Made by a program: the position numbers and the translations under genes. Below are positions 58,684-64,000 of a stretch of 64,000 nt of DNA, one piece after another. The notes under the pieces are model-generated. The model saw only the letters and a program-made list of their open reading frames with translations. It was not told where the DNA came from and made no database searches. The stretch is from a phage, in assembly GCA_030980935.1 (NCBI GenBank), contig GCA_030980935.1_3059.1; one strand, written 5' to 3'. Numbering within the stretch: position 1 is the stretch's first letter; each line of letters opens with the position of its first letter.

Positions 58684-60497
58684 TGGTGTTTAACCCTATG
58701 CATGATTTCTTTATTTTTACCGAGATTAAATCCGCGTTCGTTCGGATTTCCCAAATAACCACAAGTTCTTCTTATTGTGTTCATCTTTTTAGGATCAGTT
58801 TCTCCACAAATAGAACAAACAAACCCGTTTTCAGTAGGAGTCATTTCATGGGTACTTCCACACGTAAAACATTTATCTACTGGCATGTTAACACCAAAAT
58901 AATCTAAATGTTGTGCAGCATAATCCCATACAGCCTCAAGACCTTTTAGGTTATTTTTCATATCAGGAAGTTCAACATAAGAAATGTGACCGCCTGTCGC
59001 AATGAAATGATATGGGGCTTCGCGAGAAATCTTTTCAAACGGAGTAATATTTTCTTCTACTGAAACGTGGAAACTGTTAGTGTACCAGCCTTTATCAGTA
59101 ACATCCTTTACACTTCCATATTTCTCAGTATCAAGTTTACAGAAGCGATAACAAAGGTTTTCAGCAGGTGTAGAATACAAGCTAAAAGCAAAACCAGTTC
59201 TTTCAGTCCACTGCTTAAGACGAGCATTCATTTTAGTTAAAATTTCCTGTCCAATATCACGACCGACAAGAATATTCAATTCGTGAATACCAATGTATCC
59301 TAGGGACACTGAACTTCTACCGTTTTTAAATAACTCAATTATGTCATCATCAGGTTTAAGACGAACCCCGAATGCACCTTCTTGGTAAAGAATAGGAGCA
59401 ACAGTAGCTTTAACTCCTTTTAAGGAACTAATTCTACACATCAATGCTTCAAAACATAAATCCATTCGCTCATTGAACAATTCAGTAAATTTCTGTTCAT
59501 TGAACTGTGTTCCAATATAAGAATCTAACGCAATACGAGGAAGATTCAGTGTTACAACACCGAGATTATTACGTCCATCAAGAATTTCATTGCCAGTCGA
59601 ATCTTTCCATATGCTCAAGAAACTACGACAACCCATTGGAGAAACAGGAACAGATGAACCAGTGATAACTTTATTGTTCTTAGCTGAAATAATATCAGGA
59701 TACATTCTTTTGCTTGCGCACTCTAGAGCAAGCTGTTTAATATCATAGTTCGGATCGTCTTTATAAAGATTAACACCTTCTTCAACGAACATAACAAGCT
59801 TAGGGAAAATAGGAGTTATCCCATCACGACCGAGACCTTTAATACGATTTTTCAGAATTGCTTTCTGAATCATTCGTTCAGTCCAGTCAGTTCCTGTACC
59901 AAATGTAATTGTTACAAAAGGTGTTTGTCCGTTTGAACTAAAGAGAGTATTTACTTCATATTCATAAGCTTGGAATGCATCGTATACATCTTTTTCTGTT
60001 TTAGATTGAGCATAATTCAACGCATCAGCGATTTGCCATTTTTCTGCATCCTCAATATGTTTTGCATAGGTGCGTTTAACATAAGGAGAAAGTACTTTAT
60101 CTACATTAGCAAAAGTCGTTCCGCCGTATTGATGGGAAGCAACCTGTGCAGTAATTTGTGCCATAATTGCAGTAGCAACACCGATTGATTTAGGAGTTTC
60201 AATCTGTGCATTACCGAGCTTAAATCCGTTCTCAAGCATTCCTTTTAAATCTACTAAACAGCAATTAGTAAATGGAAGAGCAGGGGAATAATCAATATCA
60301 TGGAAATGAATAATTCCGCTTTCATGCGCTTTCATAATAAAAGACGGGACCATATTTTTGGCAATGTGTTTAGACACAATACCAGCCATAAGGTCCCGTT
60401 GAGTTGGAAAAACACGAGAATCTTTATTAGCATTCTCGTTCAAAAGGTCTTTATTAGTTTTATGAATCAATCCTTCAATTTCTTTTTCAATTGTCAT
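58680..60497 (-). CDS. nrdD: Anaerobic ribonucleoside-triphosphate reductase NrdD (uninterrupted)
   Basis: 605 aa continuous ORF; C-terminal glycyl-radical region; no intron. Confidence 0.9.
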   Translation of the reverse strand: MTIEKEIEGLIHKTNKDLLNENANKDSRVFPTQRDLMAGIVSKHIAKNMVPSFIMKAHESGIIHFHDIDYSPALPFTNCCLVDLKGMLENGFKLGNAQIETPKSIGVATAIMAQITAQVASHQYGGTTFANVDKVLSPYVKRTYAKHIEDAEKWQIADALNYAQSKTEKDVYDAFQAYEYEVNTLFSSNGQTPFVTITFGTGTDWTERMIQKAILKNRIKGLGRDGITPIFPKLVMFVEEGVNLYKDDPNYDIKQLALECASKRMYPDIISAKNNKVITGSSVPVSPMGCRSFLSIWKDSTGNEILDGRNNLGVVTLNLPRIALDSYIGTQFNEQKFTELFNERMDLCFEALMCRISSLKGVKATVAPILYQEGAFGVRLKPDDDIIELFKNGRSSVSLGYIGIHELNILVGRDIGQEILTKMNARLKQWTERTGFAFSLYSTPAENLCYRFCKLDTEKYGSVKDVTDKGWYTNSFHVSVEENITPFEKISREAPYHFIATGGHISYVELPDMKNNLKGLEAVWDYAAQHLDYFGVNMPVDKCFTCGSTHEMTPTENGFVCSICGETDPKKMNTIRRTCGYLGNPNERGFNLGKNKEIMHRVKHQ

Positions 60498-60967
60498 TTT
60501 AAACTCTTTCTAAGCTGCTTCTTAAATGAAGCTATTAATTGTGTTTTAGTGTCAGATTCATTATATTCAAATCCTCTTTGAAGCATCTCAGCCATCATTT
60601 CCTCTTTTCCTAAACGAGAAAATTCCTTTGATTTATCTCCAACGAAGTTAGGGTGAATATTATTTTGGGTGTAATCGGATTTTAAATAAGTAAGTAAATT
60701 TTCTAACCATTCAAGATAATCAACACCTTGTCCCTTTAAGCCAGAACGATTAAATTTATGCTTCATTTGACCTTCCGCAGCATTGCAGAGATTACAGAGC
60801 AATCCACGTACCTTTCCTGCTTTTGGTCCATTTAATTCATGGTCATGGTCAAGGTGATTAGCTTGAACATCAGGATTTAGTTCTCGTTGGCAAATTAAGC
60901 ATTTACCGTTTTGTGCATCATAAAATTTCTGTTTTTCTTCTTTGTATAATTTGCCAGTCAATAACAT
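60494..60967 (-). CDS. 49: Endonuclease VII gp49 (Holliday junction resolvase)
   Basis: 157 aa as T4 endo VII; zinc-binding cysteines and H-N-H-like core. Confidence 0.9.
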   Translation of the reverse strand: MLLTGKLYKEEKQKFYDAQNGKCLICQRELNPDVQANHLDHDHELNGPKAGKVRGLLCNLCNAAEGQMKHKFNRSGLKGQGVDYLEWLENLLTYLKSDYTQNNIHPNFVGDKSKEFSRLGKEEMMAEMLQRGFEYNESDTKTQLIASFKKQLRKSLK

Positions 60968-61009
60968 AATAAAACCCTTACCTTAAATAGATAAGGGTAT
61001 TTATTATTT

Positions 61010-61186
61010 TCAAGTATTGTAAAACATTTGATTCAATCGCTTATATTGTCGAATCATCTTTTTAGTAGGACGAGAATAAGTTCCTATACAAGTGGTCATA
61101 TTAGGGTCAGTAGGACTTCCTTTAATAAAAAGTTTCCAAACCTTACCACCATTTAACTTTTCAGTATAAATTAATTCGGTTTTCAT
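61010..61186 (-). CDS. Small hypothetical protein (58 aa)
   Basis: Below cutoff; ATG overlaps upstream stop. Confidence 0.35.
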   Translation of the reverse strand: MKTELIYTEKLNGGKVWKLFIKGSPTDPNMTTCIGTYSRPTKKMIRQYKRLNQMFYNT

Positions 61187-61650
61187 TAAAACGCTCGGTC
61201 AGAAAAAGAAATTTGAGTTTCAAGCCATTCAATATATTCTGCCGCGGCTTGCATTAAATTTCCTTCGTAATCATCAATATCTTTTTTCAACGCCGATTTA
61301 GATAATGCATATGAAATGCGTTCACCCTGAAATCCAGCTTTAGGTTTATGAAGAACTTGATCAATTCGTTCTACAACTTCTTCAATTTCGCCATTTTCTG
61401 CGGATTCAGTATTCCACAAGCACCAATACGTAATTGGCTTATCGTAGATGTTAATAATCTTTCCATCAGAAAGTTCAATTTCAATAATTCCAGTATCAGG
61501 TTCTATATCATCTTCGCATTCTTTTGCAAGTTCACGAACTTTAAAGACAGTACCTGCACTAAGTTCCGGCCAGTAATTACACAGCCCTTTATCAGCACGA
61601 TTAATTCTAAACCACTTATCTACTGCAATCATACCCCATCTCCATATCAA
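61186..61650 (-). CDS. Hypothetical protein
   Basis: 154 aa ORF in the 49-nrdC cluster. Confidence 0.5.
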   Translation of the reverse strand: MIWRWGMIAVDKWFRINRADKGLCNYWPELSAGTVFKVRELAKECEDDIEPDTGIIEIELSDGKIINIYDKPITYWCLWNTESAENGEIEEVVERIDQVLHKPKAGFQGERISYALSKSALKKDIDDYEGNLMQAAAEYIEWLETQISFSDRAF

Positions 61651-61755
61651 TTAAGTCATTTATCGTCGGTTCATTATATACTGTTTCTTCATCAGTGTAA
61701 ACCGGTTCTTCCGGCTCTGGCTCTACTGTTTCCCATCTAGCCGCCCACCAAGGTT

Positions 61756-62076
61756 TTATAGCGTAATCCATTCTCGTACTGTCTGAGTTACTACACGTTC
61801 ACGGGGCTCGACTAGTTCAACAGTCGGAACTGCATAATACCAGTCAGAATGGTAAGAACCTGAGCGAGATTCATTTACAGACACATGAACGTTATGTTTT
61901 TGACTAAAATAAACACACTGACGATATTGGCATTTACCATCTTGCACCCAGTCTTCTATTTCGATAGGTTTAAGATAATCGGAAAAATCGAAATCATAGT
62001 TTTCCGAAAATGCATCATGGTCTTCAATGATTTCGCTCAGAACTGCATCAACATCTAATTTATTTTCAATAGTCAT
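61756..62076 (-). CDS. Hypothetical protein
   Basis: 106 aa ORF, acidic. Confidence 0.5.
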   Translation of the reverse strand: MTIENKLDVDAVLSEIIEDHDAFSENYDFDFSDYLKPIEIEDWVQDGKCQYRQCVYFSQKHNVHVSVNESRSGSYHSDWYYAVPTVELVEPRERVVTQTVREWITL

Positions 62077-62086
62077 TTTTCACCAA

Positions 62087-62257
62087 TTAATTTCGCAATT
62101 TATTAAGTTCTTCATCATCAATCCAGGATTCTAGTCCTGATGGCAGGTCACATTCAATTTCCCAAAGAAGTTCTTCAATTTTCTGAAGACGATCTAGTTC
62201 TTCGGCTGGAATAGTAACCATTGACGGAGTTCTTGATACACTAATATCGTAAATCAT
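62087..62257 (-). CDS. Small hypothetical protein
   Basis: Track ORF 62087-62296 trimmed to internal Met to avoid overlap with upstream gene. Confidence 0.4.
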   Translation of the reverse strand: MIYDISVSRTPSMVTIPAEELDRLQKIEELLWEIECDLPSGLESWIDDEELNKLRN

Positions 62258-62259
62258 AT

Positions 62260-62475
62260 TTACCCCAGTTTGACCATGCAATCGCCATATTTCCATTTAG
62301 AAATAGACTTTTCACCGTTAGAATAATAAACTTCGAGTTTAGCACGATTATTTTTAATTTGAATAACCTTTGCTGTCATCAAAGTTCCATACCCGTAATA
62401 AACTGTAACCTCATCACCTACATATACCGCGCTTCCGCGGTAGTCATGGATATAATCAGTTCCTTCGAGCATCAT
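62260..62475 (-). CDS. Hypothetical protein
   Basis: 71 aa ORF coupled to nrdC. Confidence 0.5.
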   Translation of the reverse strand: MMLEGTDYIHDYRGSAVYVGDEVTVYYGYGTLMTAKVIQIKNNRAKLEVYYSNGEKSISKWKYGDCMVKLG

Positions 62476-62735
62476 TTAAAGTATTCCCGCAATTGGTCAA
62501 ATCCACCAATATGACTTCCATCAGGAGCAAATACTTGTGGCATTGTCAAACCAATTTGAGTATCACGACCTAGTTTCGTCAGAAGCTCAGCGATTTTCTC
62601 ATCATCAAAAACACCTTTTTCCGGCATAATGTTGATAAATTCAAATGGCTGTTTATTCACAGTCAAGAGACGTTTTGCATTATCGCAATACACACATTTA
62701 TGGATGTTGCTATCATAACCATATACTTTAAACAT
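62472..62735 (-). CDS. nrdC: Thioredoxin/glutaredoxin NrdC
   Basis: 87 aa; CVYC redox motif. Confidence 0.85.
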   Translation of the reverse strand: MFKVYGYDSNIHKCVYCDNAKRLLTVNKQPFEFINIMPEKGVFDDEKIAELLTKLGRDTQIGLTMPQVFAPDGSHIGGFDQLREYFK

Positions 62736-62736
62736 A

Positions 62737-62979
62737 TTATTCCTTAATTCCTAGTACTTGTTTAAAAGTCTCGTCGTAATCAAGACTTTGACCTGTTTGT
62801 TCTTTATGTTTGTATATAATATCACTTACTTCTGATAGCATATTTTTATATGAACGAGTTAAAGCAGATTTAAGCACGCTATATCTATCAGGAAATTTAC
62901 CGTGTTCATTATAATACGCTATTGCTAATTCACGGACTGCCTTTTCAGCAGTCTCCATATATTCTTTACGCTTTGTCAT
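62737..62979 (-). CDS. Hypothetical protein (about 80 aa)
   Basis: Track ORF 62737-63114 trimmed to [13 protein letters not shown], which abuts the stop of the upstream gene. Confidence 0.45.
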
Positions 62980-62980
62980 T

Positions 62981-63370
62981 TTAATCCAAAATATTATTAG
63001 GCATTGGTTGAACACTCGCAAGTTCTTTAAAGAACTCAGTAGAGTCAGGTAATTTAACCATTTCCGGAGCATGCTTACTAAATTTATGTTTGCAATGACG
63101 GCATTTATATTCAAGTTCCGGTTTACGCCAGTTAATCAATTGAACTTGTTCAGTACCGCATTCAGGACAATTAGGAACGTTTTTAGAAGCCCTTTCGCGA
63201 CGTTCAACCATAACCATAATAGCATCCCAGGCTGGAGGTTTAAAATCTAAATCATCACAACCATGAATCTTTCCGCGCATTTCCAGATCGTCTTCTTCAC
63301 CAGCCATAATAATTTTAATTAGACTGGAATTACTTGAAGCTGCAATATCTTCTAATAGACGCTTTTTCAT
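62981..63370 (-). CDS. Zinc-ribbon protein
   Basis: 129 aa; CPECG...CRHCKH motif. Confidence 0.5.
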
Positions 63371-63963
63371 TTCAATACCTCAATAGCATTACGTAAACCA
63401 TTTGCTTTTGCATTAAGAGCTTTTAACAATTTAGTGTGTTCGGCAATCTGAGCTTCAACTTCAACTAGTCGAGATTTGAGGTATTCACGTTCTTCGCTCA
63501 AGTTATCAATCTTTTCTACTTTAGGCTCTTTTACAACTGTCTTATATGTATTAGGGTTCTTCAGTTTAATTAAAATGCGTGAACTGTATAACATTGAACC
63601 ATTATCTTCGGTTTCGTCATACATTTCTACTACGTCCATGATTTTTAACATCATGCGGAGTTTATAAGATAACGAACGAATAGTTTTGTTGTGCTTATTA
63701 ATTTCTCTAGAGTTCATGGTGCCGAGATTACGTGAGTAATAATAAGGAACCTGGATATTAATTAATACTGATGAACCACCTGGCTTGTGTGTTACTTCAT
63801 CAGCAATAACCCAATCCTTAACATGAACTGTATTTGTACGGTCATCGCCCGCGGTAAATAGTTTGCGAGCATGCTTAAAAAGCATATTCACTTGGTCATT
63901 GAATTGACAAGCAAATTTATCAGCAAATTTAGTTTCAGGAATGGTAGATAACCAATCAGCCAA
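63367..63963 (-). CDS. Hypothetical protein with C-terminal coiled coil
   Basis: 198 aa ORF. Confidence 0.5.
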   Translation of the reverse strand: MADWLSTIPETKFADKFACQFNDQVNMLFKHARKLFTAGDDRTNTVHVKDWVIADEVTHKPGGSSVLINIQVPYYYSRNLGTMNSREINKHNKTIRSLSYKLRMMLKIMDVVEMYDETEDNGSMLYSSRILIKLKNPNTYKTVVKEPKVEKIDNLSEEREYLKSRLVEVEAQIAEHTKLLKALNAKANGLRNAIEVLK

Positions 63964-64000
63964 ATGGGTCTTTTTAACATCGTTAACAATAGTAAATTCA

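Noticed and set aside
62737-63114. 125-aa version of ORF 62737-63114
   Set aside because: Overlaps the upstream zinc-ribbon gene by 134 nt; internal Met at 62979 gives a non-overlapping, better-placed start

Overview
This window is a collinear slice of a T-even (T4-like, Tequatrovirus-type) myophage genome, read from the six-frame ORF track and the sequence itself; no database search was possible, so all T4 comparisons are from memory. Plus strand, 1-8574: the late long-tail-fibre block, gp34 (5-prime truncated by the window edge), gp35, gp36, gp37, gp38 and holin t. Minus strand, 8575-64000: the early/middle block in T4 order, asiA, arn, motA, gp52, ac, stp, ndd, denB, rIIB, rIIA, an unsplit gp39, goF/cef/motB region, dexA, dda, srd, modA, modB, soc, gp56, dam, gp61, the 61.x cluster, dmd, gp41, gp40, uvsX, a glycosyltransferase, gp42, imm, gp43, regA, gp62, gp44, gp45, rpbA, gp46, gp47, a-gt, gp55, nrdH, nrdG, nrdD, gp49, nrdC. 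Many genes are separated by UUCG-tetraloop hairpins and early-promoter cassettes. No tRNA, rRNA, CRISPR array, intron or recognisable GIY-YIG/HNH homing endonuclease was seen. The most interesting locus is 33856-34707: an AT-rich early gene for a PD-(D/E)xK-type nuclease candidate sits between dam and gene 61, overlaps the dam start codon by one nucleotide, and faces a small plus-strand membrane-peptide ORF with a strong ribosome-binding site. Neither is a gene I recall at this position in T4. Other departures from T4 are a tandem paralogue with 47-bp direct repeats in the 61.x cluster, a DxD glycosyltransferase where T4 has segA plus beta-gt, an unsplit gp39, and a promoter-flanked secreted peptide next to imm.
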